Assembly: GCF_004010195.1 (NCBI RefSeq) | Contig: NC_057752.1 | Coordinates: forward strand, 3,397,006 to 3,441,696 | Length of the DNA: 44,691 nt | Origin: Chiloscyllium plagiosum | Lineage: Eukaryota | Reading direction: 5' to 3' | Part shown: positions 10,591 to 20,584 of the stretch, one piece after another | How the letters are laid out: each line of letters opens with the position of its first letter | How positions within the stretch are numbered: the first letter of the stretch is position 1 | Position numbers and translations under genes: made by a program | Notes under the pieces: generated by a model | What the model was told of the DNA's origin: nothing | Database searches by the model: none | What the model saw: only the letters and a program-made list of their open reading frames with translations

Positions 10591-11475
10591 TTGCAACCTT
10601 CCCCATTCTAAATAATATTCAGCTCCTCTATTCTTACTGCCAACACCTCATGATTTATTCCACGTGCCAAGTTTTTTGCACACTCGCTTAACCTCTGTAG
10701 ACCCTTTGTGTTATCCTCAATATTTGCCTTCCTGTCTATGTTTGTGGCATCTGCAAACGTGGTCACAGTACACTCACTTCCATCACCCAAGTCATTCATA
10801 CTGCGGCCCCAGCACTGATCCATGTGGCACTCCAATAGCTATAGGTTGCCATCCTGCAAAATGCAGTCCCCATCCTTATCCCGACTCTCTGTCTTTTATT
10901 AGCTCGTCAATCCACTATCCATCCTAATATACCACAGCCAAAAACACTGACTCTTATTTTACTAGGTACTTTATCAACCACTTCTTGGAAATCCAAATAC
11001 AATACATCCATTGCTTCTCCCTTATCTATCTTGCACGTTACCTCCTCAAAGAATTCAAGTAAATTTGTCAGGCATGGTTTCCCCTTCATGAAGCCATGCA
11101 GCCTCTGCTTGGTCATGGGATGCATTTCTAAATGCTCTGTGATGACATCCTTATAAGAGACTCCAACATTTTCCCAATGACAGACGCTAAGCTAACTGGC
11201 GTGGCTAAGCTAACTGTTGTTTTGTCCCCTTCGCTTTCTGAGTAAGCATGACACTGGCAGTTTTCCAATCCATTGAGACTTTTCCAAAATCCAAGGATCG
11301 TTGGAAGATTGCTCCCAGTGCATCCGCCATCTCTGCAACTGCTTCCTACGATGTAACCTATCACGTTCAGGGGATGGATCAACCTTTAGCCTCATTAGTT
11401 TCCCTAGTACTTTCAGCGATATTGTATTTATTTCATAAGAAACAAGAGCAGGAGTAGGCCATCTGACCCATTGAA

Positions 11476-11940
11476 GAGTCCAAGAAAGCTTGTTGTGGAT
11501 GACCACTCCCAGGAGCTTGACACTCCCCACTGGTTCCACTCTGTGCTGTTAATATGTGGTGGGGGGGGGAGGAGAAGGGGGGGCATGAGTAACATCCTGC
11601 CGAAAGTCAATAATGAGTTCCTTGGTTTTGCCGGCATTGAGAGCTGGGTTGTTCTCAGTGCACCATTTTTCCAGGTCTTCCACCTCCCGTCTGTAGTCTG
11701 TTTCGTCGCCATCTGAGATTCGACCGACTATAATGGTGTCATCAGCGAACTTGTAAATGGCATTAGTCTGGTATTTGGTGATGCAGTTATGGGCATACAG
11801 TGAGTACAGTAGGGGGCTGAGTACACACCCCTGGGGACTCCAGTGTTGAGTGTTAGTGACGATGAAATATTGTCCCCAGTCTTCACTGATTGTGGCCTGT
11901 GGGTCAGGAAACTGAGGATCCAGTTGCAGAGAGTGGGGCT
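11476..11940 (-). mobile_element. Rex1/Babar LINE reverse transcriptase fragment
   Basis: ORF 11549-11977 [19 protein letters not shown]...[12 protein letters not shown]...KTKELIIDFR (FADD catalytic motif). Confidence 0.9.
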
Positions 11941-12502
11941 TAGTCAGCATCGCTTGCTGGTGGCTGGGGAGTTCCAATCTTATTTCATTCCTAACAGGTC
12001 TGACTCCAAATCTTTAGGCCACCCCTGCTTGCCCTCGACTTCTCAAGCAGTGGAACTAGTTTCCTTGCACCTATGGCACTGGAGAACGTTGCTGCAAATA
12101 TTTCTGTGTTCTGACAAACGACAAGGGGTCTCTGCTCATTTAAAACATGGAAGCATCAGGAATGTGGAGCTGCATTTCATGCAAGCTCTCTTGTATTAAA
12201 GTTAATGTATCTCAGCTGTGGCCCCCTCCAATGGTCCCCAGCATCACAGATACCAGTCTTCAGCCAATCCGATTCCCTCCACATGATATTAAGAAACAGC
12301 TGGAGGCACTGGATACTGCAAAGGGCTAAGGGCCCTGACAACATTCCAGCAAGTGTACTGAAGGCTTGTGCTCCCAACCTTGCCACTCCCCTAGCCAAGC
12401 TGGTCCAGTTCAGTTACAACACTGACATCCAACCGACAATGTGGAAAATTACCCAGGTATGTCCTGTACACTACAAGCAGGCCAGGTCCAACCCAGCCAA
12501 TA

Positions 12503-12590
12503 ACAAAAAACAGGAATTGCTGGAAAAGCTCAGCAGTTCTGGCAGCATCTGTGGAGAGAAATCAGAGTTAAGGTTTCAGGTCAAGTCACC
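12503..12590 (-). mobile_element. Penelope-like terminal fragment (partial hammerhead: stem II plus GAAA)
   Basis: gctggaaaagctcagcagttctggcagcatctgtggagagaaatcagagttaaggtttcaggtc resembles the left arm of the 3066 palindrome and copies at 23350 and 26090; it interrupts the LINE motif NPAN|PISLL. Confidence 0.65.
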
Positions 12591-12809
12591 CTGCCCCATC
12601 AGTCTACTCTCGATCATCAGTAAAGTGATGGAAGGTGTCACCCACAGTGCTATCAAGCAGCACCTGCTCAGCAATAACCTGCTCAGTGACACCCAGTTTG
12701 GGTTCCACCAGGGTCACTCAGCTCCTGACCTCATTACAACCTTGGTTCAAACATGGACAAAAGAGCTGAATCTAGATGTAGGTTTGCTCGCTGAGCTGGA
12801 AGGTTCATT

Positions 12810-12851
12810 TCCAGATGTTTCGTCACCATACTGGGTAACATCTTCAGTGGA
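12810..12851 (-). ncRNA. Minimal type I hammerhead ribozyme motif (PLE-associated)
   Basis: Minus strand UCCA-CUGAAGA-U-GUUACC-cagUau-GGUGAC-GAAA-CAUC-UGGA: 4-bp stem I, CUGANGA core, 6-bp stem II, GAAA, AUC triplet. Confidence 0.75.
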
Positions 12852-12916
12852 CCTCCAGACGAAGCACTGCTGATGATTCTTGCTTTCTACTAAGATGTTT
12901 GGGTTTCTTTGGGTTT

Positions 12917-12987
12917 GTGATGTCATTTCCTGTGGTGATGTCATTTCCTGTGGTGATGTCATTTCCTGTGGTGATGTCATTTCCTGT
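12917..12987. repeat. 18-bp tandem repeat x4 within the PLE 3' region
   Basis: gtgatgtcatttcctgtg starting at 12917, 12935, 12953 and 12971. Confidence 0.95.
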
Positions 12988-13300
12988 TCTTTTTCTCAGG
13001 GGGTGGTAAATGGGATTCAAGTTGATGTGTTTGTTGATAGAGTTCCAGTTGGAATGCCATGCTTCTAGGAATTCTCGTGTGTGTCTCTGTTTGGATTGTC
13101 CTAGGATGGAAGTGTTGTCCCAGTCGAAGTGGTGTCCTTCCTCATCTGTATGTAAGGATAGTAGTGAGAGAGGGTCATGTCGTTTTGTGGCTAGTGATGT
13201 TCATGCATCCTGAGCTGAATTCCAGAGGGGAGGGGAGAGTGGCAGCCCTTGACATCAAGGCTGTATTCGACAGAGTGTGGCATCAAGGAGCCCTGGCAAA

Positions 13301-13597
13301 ATCATAGAATCCCTACAGTGTGGGAGCAGGCTATTTGGTCCACACTGACCCTCCGAAGAGCATCCACCCCCCTTACTCTCCCCCTGCATTTCCCATGGCT
13401 AACCCGCCTCACATGCACACTATGGGGCAATTTAGCCTGGCCAATCCACCCCAACCTGCATATCTTTGTGACTGTGGGAGGAAACCGGGGCAAACCCATG
13501 GGGAGAACGTGCAAATTCCACACAGACAGGCGCCCGAGGGCGGGATCGGACCCGGGTCCCTGGCGCTGTCAACCACTGCGCCAACCCTGCTGCCCAC
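13301..13597 (-). mobile_element. HE1-type V-SINE
   Basis: tcatagaatccctacagtgtggg tail; gagaacgtgcaaattccacacagac V-domain; gatcggacccgggtccctggcgctgt head. Confidence 0.9.
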
Positions 13598-14369
13598 TGA
13601 TCCCTGCCCAAAACTGGAATCAATGGGTATCAGGGGGCAACCTCTCTGCTGGTTGGAGTCAGCCATGGCACAGAGGAAGATGGCTGTGATAGGTAGACGT
13701 CAGTCATCTCAGGTCCAGGATGTTCAATGCCAACATGCCATCCTCCCCATGTCAGAGATATTGGAGTAGATATTCCAGCTGCCACAGGTGTACTCTTGCC
13801 TGGGCGAACAGCCCCTGTCTCTGCCAGCTGTTACAAACACCCAGAAGCGTACAAATGACTCACTAATTCACCACAGCCCAGAACAATTAAAGTCACACTG
13901 CTGGAACAAAAGCTTGCAAGAGACAATGTTCGATAAAGTGCTTCTGTAAAATGACAGTGTGAATTACTCTGAAATGAAGCAGGAAGCAAAGCAATTACCA
14001 TCAGCCGAACTAAAAAAGGAATTTGACGAAAGCATGATAAACTATGCACACACAATGCAAACTTCTCAGACATCTCGAGAATTGACACTTTCTTGACAAC
14101 GGTAGGAAATATCTGAAGCAGGCACAGCAATGATTAAAAACACTCTCCGTTCCATCACCAAACCAGTGGGAAATTATTCAGCTTAAACCTGAAAGATTCA
14201 CTCTGTCGAGTTAGACTATTCATTCTGTCGTTAACTGTTCCCAAAGTTTGCACGTTCTCAACAGAACTGCACAATACTCGCATCAACAAAAACATGGCTT
14301 GGAGTTCCCAATAGTCAGCAGGTTGTTTCTGCAGTGCAGATCGGAGTTTGCATACTGAGACCTGATAGA

Positions 14370-14655
14370 ATCCACACATAGACAGGGTAGTGAAGAAGGT
14401 GTTTGGTACGCCTGCCTTTATTGGTCAGAGTATTGAGTACAGGAGTTGGGAGGTCATGTTGCAGCTGTACAGGACATTGGTTAGGTCACTTTTGGAATAC
14501 TGCGTTCAGTTCTGGCCTCCCTGCGACAGGAAGGGTGTCATGAAACTTGAAAGGGTTCAGAAAGGATTTACAAGGATGTTGCAGGGGTTGGAGGGTTTGA
14601 GCTGTAGTGAGAGGCTGAATAGGCTGGGGCTGTTTTCCCTGGAGCGTCGGAGGCT
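14370..14655 (+). mobile_element. CR1 LINE ORF2 fragment lacking its 3' end
   Basis: KKVFGTPAFIGQSIEYRSWEVMLQLYRTLVRSLLEYCVQFW...LFSLERRRL. Confidence 0.9.
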
Positions 14656-15365
14656 GGTCATCGGCTTCAGGAAGGGGAGTGGAGCTGTATCAGTGGAGCT
14701 GAGATGGAGAGGGTCGACAGCATCTAAGTCCCTGGGAGTGACGGTCACTAACAATCTGTCCTGGTCCACTCACATTGATGTGATGGTCAATAAAGCACAA
14801 CAATGTCTCTACTCCCTCAGGAGGCTATGCAAATTCAACATGTCTTTAAAGACTTCCCCCAACTTTTACAGATGTACCACAGAAAGCATTCTATTCAGAT
14901 GGATCATAGCTTGGTACGGCAACTGCTCTGCCCAGGACAGTGAGAAACTACAGAGAGTTGTGAACACAGCCCAGTCCATCACCCAAACCAACCTCCCATC
15001 CACTGGCTCCATCTACACTTCCCACTGCCTCGGGAAGGCAGCAACATCATCAATGACCCCTCCCACCCCGGTTACAATCTCTTCCAACCTCTTCCCTCGG
15101 GCAGAGGATACAAAAGTTCGAAAACACGCATGAACAGATTCAAGAACAGCTTCTTCCCTGCTGTTATCAGACTTTTGAACGCATCTCTCAAATGTTAATT
15201 CGGACCCGTCTCTTGGTGCACCTTCTCGGCGGCTGTAACACTGTATACTGCACTCTGTTCTGCTCCCCTGATGCACATTGTACAGTACAATCTGACGGGA
15301 CAGTATACAAAACAACACTTTCCACTGTATCAGGGTACAGGTGACAACAATAAATCAGTCAATCA
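14656..15365 (+). mobile_element. Rex1/Babar LINE 3' end
   Basis: LGVTVTNNLSWSTHID...KAQQCLYSLRRL...FYRCTTESIL..WYGNCSAQD..KLQRVV; tail ggtgacaacaataaatcagtcaatc. Confidence 0.9.
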
Positions 15366-15377
15366 CATCAATTCTTA

Positions 15378-16300
15378 CAGGTTGTATCCATCCTGCCTCA
15401 GCTCAATAGCTGTTGAACTCTTCATCTCGCTCTCTGATCCCTCTCGACTGGAGTACTCCGACGCCCTGCTTTTCAGCCTCCCCCCTTGAAACATGAGCTC
15501 ATCCCCTGGTGCCGTATTCTAATGCAAACCGACTCCTGTTCATCCAGTACCCCTGGGCACACTGACCCACATTGACTCCTGTTCATCCAGTATCCCTGGA
15601 CACACTGACCCACACTGACTCCTGTTCATCCAGTATCCCTGGGCACACTGACCCACATTGACTCCTGTTCATCCAGTATCCCTGGGCACACTGACCCACA
15701 CTGACTCCTGTTCATCCAGTACCCCTGGGCACACTGACCCAGACTGACTCCTGTTCAACCAGTACCCCTGGGCACACTGACCCACACTGACTCCTGTTCA
15801 TCCAGTACCCCTGGGCACACTGACCCACACCGACTCCTGTTCATCCAGTACCCCTGGGCACACTGACCCACACTGACTCCTGTTCATCCAGTACCCCTGG
15901 GCACACTGACCCACACTGACTCTCAGTTGAGCAGTACTTCCCATCTCAGATTTTCTTCAATTGCTCACACCTCCCTGTCATTGGAATCACCTCCAGCCCC
16001 CCACAAGCCTCCATTGTTGCTGCTCATCTCATTGTGGCCTCTCGCACATCTCTGAGTCGTATCATTGTACCATGGGTGGTCATCGAGTCATTGAGACCTA
16101 CAGCATGGAGTTTGGCCCAAACTGGTCCATGCTGTCCATTGGTGGAGATTTCATCCTGTTCCCTCCGAAACACGGAGATTCGCTCGCTAAGCTGCTCTCT
16201 CCGAAGTTACCCCTTAAAACCGAGCTCTCGGTCCTTCATCTGTCACTCCTGCCAGGCCCCGGTGTTGCAAAGTGAACGGCACTAGGTAAATGCAGACAAC
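15378..16300 (+). mobile_element. Highly decayed L2 LINE 3' region hosting a minisatellite and a short CR1 tail (about 16084-16137)
   Basis: cctctcgactggagtactccgacgccctg resembles L2 SRLDYSNAL; the minisatellite unit resembles the L2 PITP.L.DLHWL segment. Confidence 0.55.
15531..15922. repeat. 43-bp minisatellite, 9 copies plus 5 nt
   Basis: gactcctgttcatccagtacccctgggcacactgacccacact starting at 15531, 15574, 15617 ... 15875. Confidence 0.97.
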
Positions 16301-16321
16301 AGTAGTTAGACACGTTCTTTG

Positions 16322-16411
16322 AGCAACCTATTCGGGGATGCTATGACACACCTCTGGAGCAGGTGGGACTTGAACTCGGGCCTCCTGGCTCAGAGGGAGG
16401 AGCACTACCAC
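16322..16411 (-). mobile_element. Short tRNA-derived SINE-like element (family of 8778-8872)
   Basis: ctctggagcaggtgggacttgaactcgggcctcctggctcagagggaggagcactaccac is similar to the reverse complement of the 8778 copy. Confidence 0.65.
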
Positions 16412-16497
16412 TTTTTTACTTTCATCATTCCTTCATGGGATGAAGGTCCCACTGCCTAGGCCTGCACTTATTGCCCATGTAAGAGTCAACCACTTGA

Positions 16498-17092
16498 ATT
16501 AGATTCGATTATCTACAGTGTGGAAACGGATCGTTTGGCATAACAAGTCCACACCGACCCTCCGAAGAGTAACCCATCCAGACCAATTTCCCTCTGACAA
16601 ACAGTATGGGGCAATTTGGCATGGCCACTCCACCCTAACCTGCACATCCCTGGGCACTATGGGGCAATTTAGCATGGCCACTCCACCCTAACCCGCACAT
16701 CCCTGGGCACTATGGGGCAATTTAGCATGGCTAATCCACCCTAACCTGCACAGCCCTGGGCACTATGGGACAATTTAGCATGGCCAATCCACCCTAACCT
16801 GCACATCCCTGGACACTACGGGACAATTTAGCATGGCCACTCCACCCTAACCTGCACATCCCTGGGCACTATGGGACAATTTGGCATGGCCACTCCACCC
16901 TAACCTGCACATCCCTGGGCACTATGGGACAATTTGGCATGGCCAATCCACCCTTACCTGCACATCCCTGGGTACTATGGGACAATTTGGCATGGCCAAT
17001 CCACCCTAACCTGCACATCTATGGATTGTGGGAGGAAACCAGAGCACCCGGAGGGAAAGCGCAGGCCGATATGGGGAGAATCAAGCTCCACA
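16498..17092 (-). mobile_element. HE1-type V-SINE with an internal 53-bp tandem expansion
   Basis: HE1 tail at 16498-16600, array at 16605-17020, V-domain at 17021-17092. Confidence 0.9.
16605..17020. repeat. 53-bp HE1-derived minisatellite, about 8 copies
   Basis: tatggggcaatttagcatggccactccaccctaacctgcacatccctgggcac starting at 16605, 16658, 16711, 16764, 16817, 16870, 16923, 16976. Confidence 0.97.
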
Positions 17093-18074
17093 CGGCTGTG
17101 GGTCTGGAGTCACACGTAGGCCAGACCAGGTAAGGATGGCAGTTTCCTTCTCTCAAGGACATGAGTGAACCAGATGGGTTTTTACGACAATCATTAGACT
17201 CTTAATTCCAGACATTTATTGAATTCAAATCATCGGACGTGGTGGGTTTTGAACCCTTGTCCCCCACACATTACTTGGGTCTCTGGGTTAATAGTCGAGA
17301 GATAATATCATGTCCCTTAAGAGCCACAAGAGCCCTCAAAGCAACCAGCACACTCTCCAATATCAGCTCCTCCATCACCGATCCAACGAAACTGCTCTCA
17401 CATATCAGCTCATCGATCAAGCACTAAACTAATCTGCTCTGAAATGCAAGCTCCTCCATCATCAGCCAGCCTCTCCTGTTTTCAAAATCACATCTCCTCA
17501 ATCATTAATGAGCTCGTCTCTTTCTCTGATGCTAGTCCCTCAGCTCTCACAGGCTAATTAACGGAGCATACACCATATATAAAACCAAACTTCACACCAA
17601 CGTTCACCTCTTCCTGAGATCGGAGGCAACATGTACATTATTTATACAACAGAGAGCTCGTGCAAATTTTTTATCAGCTTCTTTTATCAGTATAATGGAT
17701 TTCCTTCTTTCAAGTAATATTTTGACTTTTAATGAGTACATTGCTTGCAATGTCGATGGACAAGAATTGCCACTACAAAATGTGCGCTCGCCATATGCTG
17801 ATAGGTATGTTGAAGTGGTTATCTTTTGCCGAATGAGATAAATATTTCTCCTAAAAATTAAGTCAGGCCTGTCAAACTTCATGCATTAAGAATGAGATGG
17901 GCAAAGTTGCAAGCTGCTTGTGAAGAAATTCGACAAATCTCCTGCTGAATGAAAGACGGCACAAAGACCAGCAAAGCTGTTCAGCACCGTCGGGAATGGT
18001 CAATCGTCTGCTGCTGCCACAAGGCAACCCTTTTGCAGAGCAGCAAGGTTATTGCTCTGGCTGAAGGAGTCAGC

Positions 18075-18257
18075 AATCACATGACGCCAAGTGATAGCCC
18101 GACAGGTTTATTTGGAAGCACTGGCTAGCTACCTGGCGAAGGAGCAGCGCTCCGAAAGCTAGTGCTTCCAAAATAGATCTGTCGGACTATCACCTGGCGT
18201 CATGTGATTTCTGACTATGTCTGCCCCCCAGTCCAAGCCCAGCTCCTCCACGTCATG
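18075..18257. mobile_element. Second palindromic PLE-type terminal element with a degenerate hammerhead motif
   Basis: Inverted arms about 18075-18125 and 18158-18209; CTGGCGA-a-GGAGC-agc-GCTCC-GAAAGCTA at 18133-18161; related copy at 39481-39602. Confidence 0.7.
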
Positions 18258-18669
18258 GCTAAGAGAGAAGCAACAAGGATCATCGCCATGACCGTCCGTT
18301 CTGACCACAGCAGCGACAAGTTACCTTGGTTCGTGCAGCCTTCCTGCCCCTTCCAGAGCTTTGGCTGGGGAGAGGCGAGCGACAACAACATGGCAAATGT
18401 CGCCATAAACCTGACAAAGTGCCTTCTGAATGTCGTTCAGTGCAACTTTCCACGGAACCCACCTTGGGGCCCAGTTAGGCTACCTTGCCATCAGAAAGTG
18501 TGGGTGTAGTCACACAGGATAGACGATTGCAAAGGGAATTATCCTGCAGCTTTACGGTATTCTGCCCATTAACTGAAGCCAGATGATTTCGCCCTTTCTT
18601 CTTTCACTGCTCAATACGTTTTCTGACCATTTGCAATGAGTGTGGACATTACTGGCTAGGACCCTTCCC

Positions 18670-18968
18670 CACGTTGGCTCAGTGGTTAGCACTGCTGCCT
18701 CACAGCACGAGGGTCCCAGGTTCCATTCCAGCCTCAGGCGACTCTCTGTGTGGAGTTTGCACGTTCTCCCCGTGCCTGCGTGGGTTTCCTCCGGCTGCTC
18801 CGGTTTCCTCCCACAATCCAAAGATGTGCAGGTGAGGGTGGATTGGCCATGGTGTTCGGTGCGTTAGTCAGAAGGGAAATGGGTGTAGGTGGGTTACCCT
18901 TTGGAGGGTCGGTGTGGACTTGTTGGGCCGAAGGGCCTGTTTCCACACTGTAGGGAATCTAATCTAAA
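18670..18968 (+). mobile_element. HE1-type V-SINE
   Basis: Head, V-domain and tail ending ctgtagggaatctaatcta. Confidence 0.93.
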
Positions 18969-19267
18969 ACCGTTAACGTGGATCTTTCTGGTGTGGATTG
19001 CACTGGAGCTCTGTGAGGTAGACCTTGTTTAATCCATTAGAGCATCACTCCATGATCAGTCAACAGGAACCCTGACAGCATTTCCCCAGTTCCTCTCCAT
19101 TCACCTCAGGCTGGAGCTCTTGGGCTGCCATTCAAGCTGAGATGCAGCGAACCGGTAAACTGAACGCAAAATTAAGTTCAGAAATCCAGTTCTTCTGCCT
19201 GGATTCCAATGTCCCCGCAGACACTGGCAACCCAAGCTTATTTGTTCTTTTTAATACAGCTGTGCCT

Positions 19268-20380
19268 GGGTGGCACGGTGGCTCAGTGGTTCGCCACAGC
19301 ACCAAAGAGCCAGGTTCAATGCCACCCTTGGGTGACAGTCTGTGTGGAGCTTGCACGGTCTCCCCGTGTGGGTTTCCTCCCCCTGTCCAAAGACGTGCAG
19401 GTTAGGTGGGTTGGCTACGCTATAATGTCTGGGGACAAGGACAGCAGGAGTAAGCCATTGAGCTCTGCCATTCAATCAGATCATGGCTGATCTTTCCATG
19501 GACACAGTTCCACTTACCCGCCCGCTCACCGTAACCCTTAATTCTTTTACTCTTCGCAAATCTTCACCTTCAAACGATTCAGTGAGGAAGCCTCAACTGC
19601 TTCACTGGGCAGGAAGCTCCACAGATTCACAACCCTTTGGGGGAAGAGGTTTCTCCCTAACTCAGTCCTAAACCTGCTCCCCCGTAATTTGAGGCTGTGC
19701 CCCCTCATTCTATGTGGAAACAGGCTCCCTGCTTTGATCTTATCCATTCCCTTTGTCATTTTATATGCTTCTATAAGATCCCCTCCCCCTTCATTCCAAC
19801 TAAAGTCCCAGTCCACTCAGTCTCTCCTCCTAAGCCAAACCCCCTCAACTCCAGAATCAACCTCCTCTGAAGCCTCTCCTGTACCATTCTCAAATATGGA
19901 GGCCAAAACAGTACTCCAGGTGTGACCACACCAGCACCCTATACAGCTGCAGCAGAACCTCCCTGTTTTTAAACACCAAGCCTCCAGCAATGAAGAACAA
20001 TATTCCATTCGCCTTCTCCTTTACTTCAAACCAGCTTTTTGTGATTCATGCACAAAGTCACCCAGCTCCCTCTGCACAGCAGCGTGCTGCAATCTTTCTC
20101 TGTTTAAATAAGAGTCCATTTTGCTGTTATTCTGACCAAAATCGATGACCTCGCGTTGGCTAATACTGTACTCCATCTGCTAGACCCCTGCCCACTCACC
20201 TAACCTATTTATGTCCCTCCGCATACTTTGTGCAGATGTGCAGGCTCGGTGGATTGGCCATGATAAATGTGGGGTTCAAGGGATAGGGTCAGGGGGTTGG
20301 ATCCGAGTGGGATGCTCTTCAGAGGATCGGTGTGGGCTCAATGGGCCGAATGGCCTCGAACTGCACTGTAGGGATTCTAA
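19268..20380 (+). mobile_element. HE1-type V-SINE split by a CR1 insertion (19268-19420 and about 20230-20380)
   Basis: Head and V-domain on the left; gatgtgcaggctcggtggattggccatg...ctgtagggattcta on the right. Confidence 0.75.
19425..20225 (-). mobile_element. CR1 LINE 3' end (decayed)
   Basis: Minus ORF GDLIEAYKMTKGMDK...RGHSLKLRGSRFRTELGRNLFPQRVVNLW. Confidence 0.85.
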
Positions 20381-20584
20381 TGGTCAACAAATTAATACTC
20401 ATCTCTGTTGAGGTATGGGGTCAGACGAATCCTTGCTGTTCAAGTTAGCTTGCTGTGGAAGATTAATGAAAGAAAAAACCTTCCAAAACACCCCTGGGTC
20501 CCAATAGAGATCGTAGCGAGATACGAGTTCAACGCATAATGGATGCACACTGCGATGCTGAGAACATTCTAGCCAATTTACACA

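Larger units (their letters stand above)
9130..11410 (-). mobile_element. Decayed CR1 LINE (RT region to 3' end) interrupted by a Rex1 tail and two HE1 SINEs
   Basis: Minus frames HGFMKGKPCLTNLLEFFEEVT...DVLYLDFQ, TFADAT, PVSLASVIGKMLES, RRNVFSQR; segments about 9130-9420, 9868-10255 and 10595-11410. Confidence 0.8.
12772..13211 (-). mobile_element. Penelope-like element 3' end: GIY-YIG endonuclease C-terminus plus terminal region with hammerhead ribozyme
   Basis: Minus translation RMHEH(frameshift)LATKRHDPLSLLSLHTDEEGHHFDWDNTSILGQSKQRHTREFLEAWHSNWNSINKHINLNPIYHPL; 9-bp TSD gagctgaat (12763-12771 and 13212-13220). Confidence 0.9.
12200..13722 (+). mobile_element. Zenon-like CR1-group LINE RT region interrupted by two PLE pieces and an HE1
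   Basis: GPDNIPASVLKACAP.LATPLAKL...PISLLSIISKVME...QFGFHQGHSAPDL...ELNSRGEGRVAALDIKAVFDRVWHQG...KLESMGIRG; collinear segments 12200-12502, 12591-12771, 13212-13300, 13600-13722. Confidence 0.88.
16412..17310 (-). mobile_element. tRNA-derived SINE (Zenon-tail family) split by an HE1 insertion (16412-16493 and 17091-17310)
   Basis: aagagtcaaccac|...|ctgtgggtctggagtcacacgtaggccagaccagg rejoins into the SINE body. Confidence 0.85.

Noticed and set aside
12205..12873. 222-aa ORF as a host or domesticated RT gene
   Set aside because: Partial LINE RT region read through inserted PLE fragments; no catalytic DD motif and it ends inside the Penelope insert.
15531..17020. Regular arrays (43 bp and 53 bp; also 51 bp at 37235) as CRISPR arrays
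   Set aside because: Head-to-tail units with no unique spacers, TE-derived, vertebrate context, no cas genes.
17604..17882. Minus-strand 92-aa ORF as an exon (17608-17798)
   Set aside because: Weaker splice sites than the overlapping plus-strand candidate and no recognisable peptide.
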